NCBI GenBank assembly: GCA_964016885.1
Contig: OZ024754.1
Span: 2,418,001-2,482,000, forward strand
Source: Eledone cirrhosa
Taxonomy: Eukaryota
Direction of reading: 5' to 3'
DNA: 64,000 bases
Positions 1-15,576 of this stretch are shown piece after piece. Position 1 is the stretch's first letter. The number at the start of each line of letters is the position of its first letter. The notes beneath the pieces are model-generated. The model saw nothing but the letters and a program-made list of their open reading frames with translations, was not told the DNA's origin and searched no databases. The position numbers were made by a program, and so were the translations under genes.

Positions 1-2327
1 TACATCCTCATAAATGAGCTGACACATCGCCAAGGATGTAAGCAGATGACATTCTGTTTGTCGGGGTTTTAATATCATATACACTCTAGCACAGGCGACC
101 CTCTCTCATGTAACCCCGTTTAATCTAAAGCCATATTATGACTTTTCCTGCGGATTTTCTCGAGAATTGAATGTCTCCCCTCTTTGCTTCTCCTGCCAAT
201 CCAATCAGTTAAAGATATTGCAATATGAGCGTACTGCGAGGTCCCTACAATTGACCAGAATATTTGAAATAACATAATTGATGTTGTGAGACCCCCTACT
301 AAATATTTTGAATAACATAATTGATGATGATGAAGAAAAGAGTCAGGACCCCGACGGATGAGCTTCCGGCCGTTTCGACAGCTAGATCTAGGTCGATAAA
401 ATAAAGTACCAGTGCATTACTGGTACTTTATTTTATCGACCCCAATAAAAACACTTTCCCAAATTTTGCCCTACCATTTTTGATATTGATTCTTGCCACA
501 ACAAGCTCAACAATTTTGGGAGAGGGGAAAGTCGATTAAATCGACCCCAGTGTATTACTGGTACTTTGTTTTCAGATAGTAAAGGAACGTAACCCTATGT
601 CATATAGTTTGTTGTTCGACCAATGCTGCTAATTCACTCCCCATCCTTACCATCTTTAATATTATAAATAAGACATATTACATATATGATGAGACAATCT
701 ATGTATAAAGACACATCTTCACACACCTTCGATCACAGATCTGATCGATCAGGACTGACCTATGACACAAACAACTATTTTATTTAATATATTGAAAATA
801 TATTCTTCTCTGTGATTTATACCATCATTAATACATTGTCCAATGTCTGACCTCTGGACATGGAAGCTACGCTATCTCTATTTTTTTACCACAATTATAT
901 ATGCTCTTTCATTACGCAACACTCTAAATACAAGGAACTATGTCTCCCTCTCTTTATAAATTCCCACAATCAACAACACCAGCACCACAAGAGCCATCAA
1001 CACCAGCACCACAAGAGTCATCAACACCAGCACCAACACTACAACAACTACATACACCACACCCTCTCAAGCAGTCATTATATGCCGTTCGCCTTTATAG
1101 CCATCACTGACCTCTAGGTTAGACCTTCTGAAATATCCATATTTGCTTCAGTGAACACATTCATACACAAACCTTCAGATCAACAAACTCATCGAGTTCT
1201 GCGCTAAACACTTACGCCACGGTTGGGACTATTTAGAATAATGGAAACGTTTTTTTTTTTTTTTTATGGCAACATGCACAAGAATATATACACAATCGTA
1301 CTGTGAGGGTGGGGAACACGTGCACGCATCTAATCCTACATATATATATATATATACATATATATATATTTGGGGAGGGTCATATATTGATATATGTATG
1401 TATATATATAAATATGTATATATGTATCAATATATATATATATATTGTTTTTCTAAGTGTACATACAAATGCATGAAAACTGATTGAAGTAGCTAAAAAA
1501 ATATAGACTGACTTACAGATATATGTATGATTACATAGAGATATTATTAGATATATTGGTAGTTTAATAGATAAACTGATTGTTAGATTGAAGAGATAGA
1601 TTACTGCATAGATTGAGAGGTGGTGTCTTCACCATTCCATTGTAATATTCTTATTAATAATGTAGTCATGAATCACAGCCAAAAACATCAACAATTGTTA
1701 TAGAAAGTGTATGTTAGATGTCATAAGTACACTGCAAGAGATATGTTCGTTTATCTTCAAGCAATTACACGTCCACCCTAACTCTCATATAAAAAATATA
1801 CATATATCTTTCAGTGTGTGTACGCATGTACGTGTGTGTGTGTGTATATATAAATATGTATGTATACATAAATATGTATGTATATGTATATATATATGTG
1901 TGTGTGTGTGTGTTATAGCTGAGAAATTAAGTATGTTTATTGTGAATACATACTTTTAACTATCATGCACAGAATTTCTTCTTCAAATTCAGTAGAAAAA
2001 AAAAAAAACATCTTTGTAATGGACAATAAAGGAGTAGAGGATTCATTTAATAGATTGGTGGGTAGGGAATTTTTCGTGGAACACGTATATTCTAACACAC
2101 TTACACACACACACCCACACACACACATACACATGTTATGTGAAAAAAAAATTAAATGAAAAGTAAAGAAAAAAAAATTAAATGAAAAATAATAAACATG
2201 AACAGTTCCCAAACCCAAAACCATCACAATCACTACAAACAAAAAAAATATATTCTATCGATAAATGCCACACTATCAGATCACCAATTTATATTTATCT
2301 ATCCTTTGACTTGTTAGAAGCTTTGTA

Positions 2328-2377
<50 letters not shown>

Positions 2378-2752
2378 TCATCAAAATATAGCCTGCAGCC
2401 ACGATCAAGTGCTATTGGGATTAAAGAATAAATGTATGAATGTGTATTTAATAAAAAAAAAAAATAATAAAAAATAAAAAAATATATATATAATTTCACA
2501 GAAATATCCCCACCAAACATTAATAAATAAAATAACATAGCAAATAGTTTATTTAGATCCAGGAGCAGAAATCTATGAGGTGGAATTATCAACAAGCATT
2601 TGTTGGAAATATATTAGAATGTTTGGAAGTAACCTTGTGGAAACTAATGATAGGAGATTCCATTTAAGGGGAAATGGCGATAAATGGAATTATTTCGTGT
2701 GATACAATGTATAAAAAAAAAAGATTCGTAAGAAAGAGGTTTAATGAGATAC

Positions 2753-2818
<66 letters not shown>

Positions 2819-2851
2819 GTATATATCTATGTATATATATATATATGTATA

Positions 2852-2904
<53 letters not shown>

Positions 2905-2929
2905 TTTATGTGTATATATAGATACATTT

Positions 2930-2972
<43 letters not shown>

Positions 2973-2974
2973 TT

Positions 2975-3080
<106 letters not shown>

Positions 3081-3208
3081 ATATGTATATATATATATGG
3101 GAGGTGTAATTTATAGTATATAAATATATGCATAATATATATATATAAATTATATGTATATAATTATATAAAAAAATTCTTATACATATATATATATATA
3201 TATGTATA

Positions 3209-3295
<87 letters not shown>

Positions 3296-3574
3296 TACAT
3301 TAAATGTGAGTACGCGCTCGCGTGTGTATACTGTGTTAGAGGCTATATATATGATGAGAAATAATTTTGATTAAAAAAAGAAAACGAGAGAAAACCTTAA
3401 TATTCCTAAAAACTATCTGATGAAATAAATATGTAGAGATAACATAATTTTTCCATACAATAATACATGTATATCTCCTGTGTAGATAATGTCGATTGGT
3501 TCCCATTTTAACTTCTGAATAGAAAGATGTGCTTCTTCTTATGTTGTTGTATGTGCTTAAACACACACATATAT

Positions 3575-3633
<59 letters not shown>

Positions 3634-3669
3634 TTCAATGTTCGTAAGTATGTATCATGTATCTGATGT

Positions 3670-3710
<41 letters not shown>

Positions 3711-3791
3711 CACGCCAAAAAAAATGTATTCATACTTTTATTAGAATGCTGTTGAAGTGTGTATACATTTTCTGGGGACACATGTGTATAA

Positions 3792-3825
<34 letters not shown>

Positions 3826-3872
3826 TTATACACATACTTATATATATATAAATATGCTGGGTCCGTCAACCC

Positions 3873-3977
<105 letters not shown>

Positions 3978-4135
3978 TATATATATATAGTGTGTGTAAA
4001 ATTATAGACACACATGAATGCACACGGTCCTAAAGGCTTGGCGAACGAGAGGAACCACAAGTTTAACTACAAGAGGTAGAAAATCTCTCTCTCTCTCTCT
4101 CCCTCTATGTGTATGTATACATCCATCTATATATA

Positions 4136-4222
<87 letters not shown>

Positions 4223-4688
4223 TTGTGTGTATGTGTGTTGGGGAGTGAACGTGTGTATCTGTGTATAACAATTTCGCTGTGGCAAATTATTTCCATCTCT
4301 CCAAAATGATGAAAAAATTATTGTTGATATTTATATTATTTGTATTATTTTTGATACTTGTAGCTGTAGTAATGTTTGTATCTTTGTTGGGGTTTGAAAT
4401 GGGTTTGATAGGGGGTTCTGGAACTATAGTTGCTGCCCTTTCATGTAAACAGTATATTTGTCCATTATTAACCAGAAGAAAACCTGGAAAACGAAGGGTT
4501 TTAGGATTTAAAGAAACACACATTCACATAAATACGTTTCACCGTAGACAGATATGCATTCCATGAACAAAAATACACATAAACGCACACATATACATAT
4601 ACACACACATATATACATACATATATATATATACATACATATATATATATATATATACATATATACATATATATATATACATATATAC

Positions 4689-4719
<31 letters not shown>

Positions 4720-4735
4720 CATATATACAAATATA

Positions 4736-4861
<126 letters not shown>

Positions 4862-4882
4862 CATATATATATACATATATAC

Positions 4883-4965
<83 letters not shown>

Positions 4966-5132
4966 CATACATATATACATACATACATATATACATACAT
5001 ACATACATACATACATACACATATATATATATATGTACATATATACACACATACATATACACACACATTTATATACACATCTACATATACACACACATTT
5101 ATATATATATGTTTGTTTGTGTGTGTGTATTG

Positions 5133-5206
<74 letters not shown>

Positions 5207-5330
5207 CACACATAAATACATATAAACTCATAATTTAAGAGTATTTCTGTATATATATATATGTGTATGTGTGTAGCAGGATGTCTCAGTTTTTTTTATT
5301 ATATAAATTTGTGGAGCTTAATAACAACAA

Positions 5331-5366
<36 letters not shown>

Positions 5367-5590
5367 CTACAACAACAACATAACAAAGAAGAAAAACCAA
5401 ACAAAAATAAGTAGTTTAAACACAATCATAAAGCAGAAAAGAGAAGAAAAAGCCGAAATGAAATTTGCTAGGAATTATTGTACTGTCAAAATCCCGTCAT
5501 TGAGGATAGTTTGTAGGGAAGTAGAATGTGGACTGAAGCGATGCATAGGCCATTAGATACTATTACACAGACTAATTGTAAAGCAGAACA

Positions 5591-5625
<35 letters not shown>

Positions 5626-5846
5626 TCCTCTATGTATATAATATACTTTATAAATACATATAATGTATATATATATATATATATACATATACACTTCTCT
5701 GACAGCAATTCACTTTCCCTTTTACTTTCAGTCAATGTTTGTGTGTATCTGTGTGAGTGTATGTGTGTCTGTGGGTGTGCGTGTGTCTTAATGTGCCTGT
5801 GTGTGTGTGTGTATGTGTGTGTGTGGCTATGTGTGTGGCTATGTGT

Positions 5847-5896
<50 letters not shown>

Positions 5897-5922
5897 CTAT
5901 GTGTGTGTGTGTGTGTGTGTGG

Positions 5923-5957
<35 letters not shown>

Positions 5958-6227
5958 TGTGTGTGGCTATGTGTGTGTGTGTCTCTGTGTGCGTGCGTGT
6001 GTGTGTGTGTGTGTATGTGTGTGTGTGTGTGTGGCTATGTGTGTGTGTGTCTGTGTGTGTGTGAACGTACGCACATTATATTTTATTTTATTTTGTTTTG
6101 TCTTGTATTTGTTTAATATGCTGCTACGTCATTCAACTATTATTAAAGCCTCTTTCATTTTGAATGTTTCTCACAAATATCCCCGATACGTTGGTCTTCC
6201 TATATCTTTCTATATTATTATCATTAA

Positions 6228-6392
6228 GTATTGGTAGAGGGTTGGACGCCATACTTTGCAGCATAGAGTTACAGCCCTTTACGGTCTGAGTGTTAACTTT
6301 GCGTTTCATCCTTACGGGGTCGATAAAATAAAGTACCAGTAATGCGCTGGGTAATTGTTGGCCTCGTGTTAAAAGTAGAAACAATTATTATG
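6228..6392 (+). mobile_element. tRNA-derived SINE (major family)
   Basis: It matches the family body tttcatccttacggggtcgataaaataaagtaccagt and the tail gtagaaacaattatt. Confidence 0.85.
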
Positions 6393-6555
6393 ATGATATT
6401 CGGCGATGGATTGCCAGGATCGGTAGAGCGTCAGACACAGTTATTATTATAATAATCATTTCGTGCACATTTAGCTTAAATTCTCTATCTGCCTTTCCTT
6501 CTCTCTGTTTATCATTTAATCTTTATAGTTTATGCTGAAGCCTTATTTCTTTATA

Positions 6556-6853
6556 CCGCCAACACTAACAACAACAACCCCCGCCAACACTAACAACAAC
6601 AACCCCCGCCAACACTAACAACAACAACCCCGCCAACACTAACACACCAACCCCCGCCAACACTAACAACAACCCCGCCAACACTAACACACCAACCCCC
6701 GCCAACTCTAACAACAACAACCCCCGCCGACACTAACAACAACAACCCCCGCCAACACTAACAACACCAACCCCCGCCAACACTAACAACACCAACCCCC
6801 GCCAACACTAACAACACCAACCCCCGCCAACACTAACAACAACAACCCCAACA
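6556..6853. repeat. Minisatellite (ccccgccaacactaacaacaacaa)n, variable 21-27 bp units
   Basis: About 12 visible units. Confidence 0.9.
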
Positions 6854-7084
6854 ATTTCCATATCCCATCCCGACCGTTACATATTCTTTCAATACCTCGG
6901 CTTGATGTCCATTTTTTTAATATTTCTTTCCTATTCTTCAGATTAACCATGATATCTCGATCACTCTTTCAATAATCTCATTCATATTCAACTTCGATTA
7001 AGACCTAATAAACATGTTCCCACCAACATACTCAAGTTTATCATATATTTATAGTATTTCTGCACTTGGACACTTTCTTTACAT

Positions 7085-7326
7085 ATATCATCAATAGTTT
7101 TCCAAGGGATGGCAACATGAATGGACCTGCGATTTTCATCTAAAGACATTTTTTCCTAATTCCACCCCCACTCGTCCCTTCAATCTATCTTATTTCTCAT
7201 TCTTTCTTCTGATGAAGGGCTAGCGTCCGAAACGTTAAGACCCTCTTCCTGCTATTTCAAGCGTTAACCTAATATATTCCTTCCATATACTGTACCGATT
7301 GTGTTGTTATTTCTGTTTACCTTTTA
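7085..7326 (+). mobile_element. Penelope-like element 3' fragment, family A
   Basis: About 230 bp is homologous to 47353-47580. It contains a hammerhead motif and ends at (CA)n. Confidence 0.6.
7205..7240 (+). ncRNA. Minimal type I hammerhead ribozyme motif (PLE family A)
   Basis: TCTT CTGATGA A GGGC TAGC GTCC GAAA CG TT AAGA. Stem I is TCTT/AAGA, stem II is GGGC/GTCC, and the stem III region is the palindrome AACGTT. Confidence 0.7.
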
Positions 7327-7343
7327 CACACACACACACATAT

Positions 7344-7392
<49 letters not shown>

Positions 7393-7849
7393 AACACACA
7401 TTTCTACCCAAGTACAGATTGTTGCATACGCAACAAACACATACACATGAAAATACATCGCCTGCTTGTTTTTTAATGGCACAAAATCAGTTTAAATTTC
7501 AAGTATAAATCTGTGAACTTACGAAGATTTCAATTAATTTCTTTCTTGAGATGTGTTTGACTTCAAGTGGATTTATCATCATCGATATGATTGGAAAAGT
7601 AGATTAATTTTATATTTTATAATTCATTTTTACTGGTATCTTATGTTTATATGTACAGGAACTAAGGCATGTACAGACGTACAGATATGTAAAGATACAC
7701 TCAGCCATGAACGGATGAGTGTATGTGCATATATATATATGTGTGTGTGTGTGTGCGTGTGTGTGCGTGTGTGTGTTCGTGTGTGTGCATGCGTGTGTGT
7801 GCGTGTGTGTGTGAGTGTGTGTGAGTGTGTGCGTGTGTGTGTCTGTGCC

Positions 7850-7960
7850 AGACTCGGAGATCAGAGGGTCGCTCCAGGTAGAGCCGCTATTTCGCCAAGA
7901 GATCACAGCTCTGATGTTATGGACATGTGTTTAGAATGTCACAGGAAATCACTCGAGTTG
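7850..7960 (+). mobile_element. Degenerate RTE-clade LINE fragment
   Basis: [13 protein letters not shown] is followed, after a frameshift, by [15 protein letters not shown]. This resembles the RTE motif RSQLRWYGHVxRM. Confidence 0.6.
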
Positions 7961-8323
7961 AAAATATATTCGATGAAACACGTGTCCGCGACAATGATTT
8001 GCTAATATGTTGTAGAACTAACTCTATACCGAACTCATCCTATGGACTGAGTGCTCTACTTACTACGAATATAACCTACCAGTGTCCTACCACTACATAT
8101 ACATCTTAACTTAAATCTGCCTTCCTTCCAAATCATCTCTGACCCTCACAGGGATACTCCCTTGATAATGGCTTTTAAGCTCAAAAATATTCGGGATTAT
8201 TAAATGTGCTAATGCAAGATTCTGTCGTTTTATCTTAGCACTTTTAATTTTCTAATGCATTGTATAGTTTTCAAAATTATTTAAATCTATATTTCCTATT
8301 CAACAATGCTTCAAGTAAACTAC

Positions 8324-8410
<87 letters not shown>

Positions 8411-8799
8411 CTTATTCACCGCCTATCTAGGCGTATCTCCATAACCAGCCACTTCCTTTAGTTATACCAGATGATTAGTTCCACTGTGTATATTAATACA
8501 TATATTACATAGATCCATACTTTACTCATATTCCTTAGACTAAAATGTCTGTGATCATGATTCCTGCGAGAGTTTCAATGGCTCCTGTTGTTGTTTTTAA
8601 CATAAATATCTAATATTCTATAAAAAATCTAATTCTACTGTGGTATATCATCTTTCTCTCACCCTATAAATTGTCCTCATTTTTTCATTTAATTGCAAGT
8701 AATTCTTCTTCATTATCTTCTTCTTATACTTTTCTTTTTCTTCTTTACTTTTTCTTTTCTTCTTTTTCTTCTAATTATTGTTATTATTATGAACGCTGG

Positions 8800-9185
8800 G
8801 ATGGTGTGCGGCTAGAACATTGAGAAGGAATGTGTGAAAGCCTCATAGTTGTACTCAGATGGTTCCAACTCTCTGACAAGTACCGATTGGATTTCTCGAA
8901 TATACCATTGTGGCCATGATCAAACCGTCATCCAAATCGTATCTAGATAGGGTATTCTGTAGTGAAGTGGATAAAGCTTTCATAAATAGTCGACTACCCG
9001 GACTACATATTTGTAATGTGTGTAGTCGATTTAGATAGGCTTTATAGAGAGGAAACCTGTTACTGGAAGCTGAAGGCTTCTTTCCCAGCGCGCAAAACCT
9101 ACAGAGACCGAAGGGGGTGTAATTATCAACAAATGGTTCGGTCTGAAAAGGGTGATTAGTGTAAAATCGATAAGGTTCAGCAAGG
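8800..9185 (+). mobile_element. Degenerate Tx1/L1-like LINE, AP-endonuclease C-terminal region
   Basis: Frameshifted translation gives FQLSDKYRLDFSNIPLW, SYLDRVFCSEVDK and DYIFVMCVVDLDRLYREETCYWKLKASF. These resemble the LDR...DH...GYWKLN motifs of L1/Tx1 ORF2. Confidence 0.7.
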
Positions 9186-10521
9186 CTGCAGCAATAAAAA
9201 AAAACTAAAAAAAAAAAAAAACTAGATTAGTGAGAGAGAGTTAGTCATGTTTCCTTAGCTCATCTCCTTTACAGAGCTGCAGTCCAGTAATACTGGATAA
9301 TTGCAGGCCTTGTGCCAGAAGTAGAAACAATTATTATAGTTCATTAATAGTGATTTAATTACATTTTAATTTCTGATGTTACATCCCTCCCCCTAAATCT
9401 ACATTTCATTCTCTTGAGGGCACTAAAATAAAGTACCAGTTATGTACTGAGGTCGATTTAATCGACTTTCCCTTCTCCCCAAAAATTGCTGGCCTTGTGC
9501 CTAAATCAGAAACCATTATATACACATCGCTTAAGTCCAGGTCTTACTCCATTCGAATCTATCTCAGCCTTCCTAGTTCGATAAAATATATTACCGCTTA
9601 AATACTAGAGTCGATTGAAATCACCTCTTCACCACGCCTCTTCCATAAAGGAATAATCTGGCATTATGCCAAAGTTAAGTTAGAAATTAGTATTTCTAGT
9701 TTTCGTAATAATCCTAATTGTTATTGTTACTGTCGTCGCTATTATTTATAATGTTGATGTTGTTGTTCGATTCATTGTTTCCTAATTGGTTGCATTAATA
9801 ATTCCTAAATACTATATAATTGGCTGAGATAGCAAACGGCAGGGAACAGTGATTCTTTTATACATTGGACTAATTCATCCGTGAACGAACGTAACATTTC
9901 ACGTCTCGCTGCAATGTAAACAAGAACGGCAACAAACAATCAATATATTGAACAGACTCTCTCATAAGCAAGCTGACCGTTCTATAATTGGTAATATAGT
10001 TGATCAGCATCAATTTTTGCCATCTTCGCATAAATGGAAGTAGCTTGTATGTATTACATTTCTAGTAAATCCGAAACAATGAAATGAAGAAGGTATAGAA
10101 AATGGCTGCCAACTTATAGGGTATATGTTCGAAAATTATGCAGGTATTGCGATGACCAAGAAAGAGAGAGATTTTGGACCTTTTTAAAACAATGTGGAGG
10201 GATTGAAACCTCTTCATATTTAACATACAACTTTCCATCCTATTATTAGCATCAATATCGTAATATTAGCATTTTGGGACCTTTTTAGATCAATGTGGTG
10301 AGATTGAAACGTTTTCATATTTAACGTACAACTTCCATTTTATTACAAGTGAATGTTAACATTTTCTCTTTGCAAGATGACTATTCTAAGAATTGGGAGA
10401 TAATGGTATTAGTAAAAGATAGAAATAAAGAACTGATTTTGTTTCTCAGAACGAGTATTATGGCAAAAATGTATGTACGTGCGAGTGTTTAAACATATAT
10501 TCATATATATGTACGTGCGTT

Positions 10522-10618
<97 letters not shown>

Positions 10619-10711
10619 GTGTGTGTGTGTTTGTGTGTGTATGTGTGTGTTTGTGTGTGTGTGTGTATATATCTATATATATGTGTATATATGTGTTTAT
10701 ATATATATGTA

Positions 10712-10802
<91 letters not shown>

Positions 10803-11257
10803 CATCTATCTATCTATCTCTTTATATATATATATATATTGTGTGTGTTTGTATATACTAATTATGAGGGAGAAATCAGATGGAAATTCGTATGGAATCC
10901 CTCATATGTAATTTATTGAGATAAGCCAAGCAAATAAAGAGTAATAGACAAATCTCCCCCTAGGTATGTTTAACATCTAAAATCACTAATCATTGGAAAT
11001 GAGTCCAATAATATTAGCAAACTAAAGTTACAAGACAATAAAGAGAGTATAGTTGGGTGTTTATTGTGTGTTTAATAAGCATGTTTCGTTCTTAATAGGG
11101 ATCCTCAGCGAAGCGTATTGTAAGCTGTTTGCAACACTTATATTATAAACCGTACGTGTATGTATGTATATATATATATATATATACACGCACACATAGT
11201 ATATATATATGTATATATATATACACGTATATATATATATATATATATACATACACG

Positions 11258-11290
<33 letters not shown>

Positions 11291-11469
11291 GGTTGCTAGA
11301 TAGATAGATACATATATACATATACATGTATCTATATGTATATATGCTTGTGTGTAATCTTTTGTGTGTTTATGTATGTGTATTATCGTTGATCCCAACA
11401 TGTTTTTCAATCATGGAACCTCGGCACCAGAGTATTATAAAAAATGATTTGTCAGGAACCCCTCCCCTG

Positions 11470-11790
11470 ATGGAGGCGAGGTTGGCTCAGTCCTATCAAC
11501 AGTATTGCTGAGAGTAAACTGGAATGGGTCTGCATCGGTTTCGACGATGTTTGTTCCATTGGTTGGATCAATGGATCTGACTGCTCATGAAATTCACGTG
11601 TAACAGTCTCAGTATTCTACTTAGTCTCAGGGACATTTGGCGTGCCAGTGGATGGTATGGCTGTAAAGTCCATTCGACAGATGGGCTTCCAAACAGCTTC
11701 CGTCTGCCTAGTTTCACTCACAAGGCATGGATTAATTTTTGAAGCCATAGTCCATGTAATCTGCCCAAGATTCCGCGAACTGGTGAGAGA
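11470..11790 (-). mobile_element. Old degenerate SINE relic
   Basis: cagcttccgtctgcctagtttcactcacaaggc...ctgcccaag resembles an octopod SINE body and is related to 63160-63510. Confidence 0.45.
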
Positions 11791-12048
11791 AAAATACTTC
11801 GAGAGTGTTTCTTATAAAAAAAATATACATACCGGAGGATCTGCTAAGCCGCACACACACACACACGCACACATACGCCCATACGTACGCACACACTTGC
11901 ATACACACACACACTATATATATATATATAATTCACATACAAGATCAAATTATGATTAAAGGAGTATCTCTAACGCAAACTTTCTTACACTTACTCACAT
12001 AACATACACACAAACTATAACACTTATACAAACGTCATATATATATAT

Positions 12049-12080
<32 letters not shown>

Positions 12081-12141
12081 GCGTACACACACATATATAT
12101 ATATATATATGCGTACACACACATATATATATATATATATA

Positions 12142-12277
<136 letters not shown>

Positions 12278-12278
12278 T

Positions 12279-12310
<32 letters not shown>

Positions 12311-12342
12311 GCGTACACACACATATATATATATATATACGT

Positions 12343-12408
<66 letters not shown>

Positions 12409-12817
12409 GGTGTGTAGATGGAATGGCCTGTGAAAACATTCTACATCTGCTGGTTGTTTAGCAATTTTTCAATCTCCAAAAGAACCACCTTTAAATACAC
12501 TCTGACAGGCCAAACACAGTCTATTAATATCACATTTCACAGCCACATTTGTTACTTTTGCTGTTATTTACTATTTTCACAGCTTTCATGTTTTAACAGT
12601 TTTTTTATAAGGATTATTCAGAAACACAAACTTCAAATCTTTTAATTTAATAGTTGCATTTTCTAAATATTCAGTATTAGCAAAAATTGGCAGAGCACCG
12701 AATGAACTGTGTTATCTCCTTCGACGTGTTGATATCCAATTCTGCAGGTGTACATGTTTCATTTTATTTTACCAGGGTCGATAAAAATAGTCTATCTGTG
12801 ATATATTCTCTTATCTC

Positions 12818-12993
12818 AGTATCGGTAATGGGTGGGACGCCATGCTTTGGCGCATAGAGTTACGGCCCTTGCCATTCTGAGTTCAAATCCCGCCGAGGTT
12901 AACTTTGCCTTTCATCCTTACGGGGTCGATAAAATAAAGTACCAGTAATGTACTGGGTTATTGCTGGCCTTGTGCCTAAAGTAGAAACAATTA
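12818..12993 (+). mobile_element. tRNA-derived SINE (major family)
   Basis: It has the B box gagttcaaatccc, the conserved body and the tail. Confidence 0.9.
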
Positions 12994-13231
12994 TCTTATC
13001 CCACCATCTCTTGCTGTTTGATCGAACTTTACTTCAGGGAATGAGGTTATTGAGACATATTAAGACGGGGTAAGGCTTTCGGATAGTTTTCTGATAGTCC
13101 TATCCATTTAACTATTTCTTCAACCATTCCGTTATCTCTATGGAAGCAATGTCTTACCAGAGCTTATGAGATTAAACCTATATATATATATATGAATGTA
13201 TATCTGCGAGTATTTGTTTATAAATATATGC

Positions 13232-13474
13232 CTAGGTCGGGTAAAATTCCCGAGATCTATGGACGAGTTCTCTCCAGAGGTCTCTGGCCCTCATCATCGC
13301 TGCCATGTCCTGCGTCTCCAAGAGACCAGTGTCTGTCCTTAGGGCATCAAGGTATGTTAACCTCGGTCTTCCTCTTCCAGTGTGTCCATGCAGGGGCTGC
13401 CACGGGAGCAGTGAGTGCAGTGTCAACTCTGGATGTCGGTGAGCATGTCCAGCTAACCTCAGTCTCCTCTATAC

Positions 13475-13475
<1 letters not shown>
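13232..13475 (-). mobile_element. RTE-clade LINE 3' fragment
   Basis: The translation RRLRLAGHAHRHPELTLHSLLPWQPLHGHTGRGRPRLTYLDALRTDTGL...MRARDLWRELV matches the RTE post-RT motifs (RLxxGH, GRGRP, WR). It is flanked by (TA)n. Confidence 0.85.
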
Positions 13476-13557
<82 letters not shown>

Positions 13558-13701
13558 AAAAGTTTGGTAGATATATCCAAGGATAAGATCACTAAGTCGA
13601 TAGGACGATTTAAGTAAAATTAGTTACAACAGTGACATATTCAGGTACTTACCTTTCGCTGGGTTATGCACCCCTACTCATTCACCTTGTTCTGTTATAA
13701 A

Positions 13702-13777
<76 letters not shown>

Positions 13778-13894
13778 GAGACAAACATAGATTATATAGA
13801 TACATAGATATATGTTTGTGTGGGTACGTATTCGCTAAACTATTCGAAAGTAAACTGACACAGAAAAAAAAAGCTACTACGGTTTATGTGTGTG

Positions 13895-13956
<62 letters not shown>

Positions 13957-14204
13957 GATATGAATATGTTTGTACGTAGAGGCATGCCTATATGTATATG
14001 TGAGGTGCTGTGAATGAAGTAATGGGTGGGATGGTGTTAGTAGAGGTTTGGTAATGATATAGGAATGGAGGAAAAACAACTGCCAACTGAATGATTGACA
14101 GGGACCACGTGTTCAAAGATATCATGTCAGTGTATCAGAGACATTCTAGATTGTGAGAGAAGGGTGTAGAGAAAGGAATAAGAACGAAACAGAGAAAAAA
14201 CCGT

Positions 14205-14284
<80 letters not shown>

Positions 14285-14315
14285 AATATATATACACACA
14301 CATATATATATATAA

Positions 14316-14416
<101 letters not shown>

Positions 14417-14877
14417 CGTGTGTGTGTGTGTATGTATATATACGTGTGGATGTGGAAGTGGACGTATATATATATATATGTACGTACATTGCCTGCAGCT
14501 AATAAAATCTAAAAATACAAGGAGAGAGAGAGAGGGGAGGGGGGGGGGGGGAATGAAAGGAAATGAAATCGAAAAAATGAAAGAAAATTAGATGGAATGT
14601 TAAAGAGGAAGAAAGAAGTTTATTAAAGAAGGAATGAAGGAAAACTAGGAAGAAACCAACGACCATCAGGCTATGAAGAAACACAAAAAAGATATATTTC
14701 TGAAAACCGCTGTTTATATAAGCCACCATTGGTGTTACATTCCGTTTTAGTTATTTAGTTCTTATAGTTATTTTGTAACGAGACTTTGGTTTCATGCAAC
14801 GAGATTTAGACCTTCATTTTCTGCTCTTAGACCAGAACATTCTCTGGTGTTGGTTGTAGAGTATTACTCTTTCCTAA

Positions 14878-15060
14878 GGGCGGTGGACTGGCAGTATTAG
14901 TAGAGGGTTGACGCTTTATAGAGTTTCATCCCTTTATGATCTGAGTTCAAATCCCGCCAAGGTTAACTTTGCCTTTCATCCTTACGGGGTCGATAAAATA
15001 AAGTACCAGTAATACACTGGAGTAATTGCTGGCCTTGTGCCAAAATTAGAAACAATTATT
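14878..15060 (+). mobile_element. tRNA-derived SINE (major family), near full length
   Basis: It has the head gggcggtggactggcagta, the B box, the body and the tail. Confidence 0.9.
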
Positions 15061-15304
15061 CCCCTTATTTCCTTTTGGAAATTCTGTTTTCATGTTGTTC
15101 CTTACTGAAACAATTTTTCCCGTGTTGTTACCAAAATGTATTGTTTCAACGTAGTTTGTTTCTGTTGTGTAATTTTTGTTATGCTTGGAAGATGGTAATG
15201 TTGCGAATTTTACCAATAACGACACAGCCACTATTTCATTTTCTCTTCATCTTTATTATTAGTTAGTTCAAAATCTATAATATATATATATATATATATA
15301 TATC

Positions 15305-15494
15305 ACAGGAAAAAAAGAGAATCAGTGTTGCGACGAATGGAATTTATTGGACATATTACAATCGATTCTCTGGCGACCAGCTCGAGGCACGATCGATTTC
15401 ATGATCGAACCTGACTCTGAAAATCGCGACACGAAGCAGATTTTCCTAGGCTCATACGGCCTACCGCATACGGACGCTTTAAGCATCCAACACC

Positions 15495-15495
<1 letters not shown>
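15305..15495 (+). mobile_element. Very degenerate RTE-like fragment
   Basis: LRRMEFIGHI and ILWRPARG occur in adjacent frames, between (TA)n tracts. Confidence 0.35.

Positions 15496-15576
<81 letters not shown>

Noticed and set aside
14878-14960. tRNA gene
   Set aside because: The A and B boxes belong to the SINE head. There is no complete cloverleaf, and the sequence continues into the SINE body.
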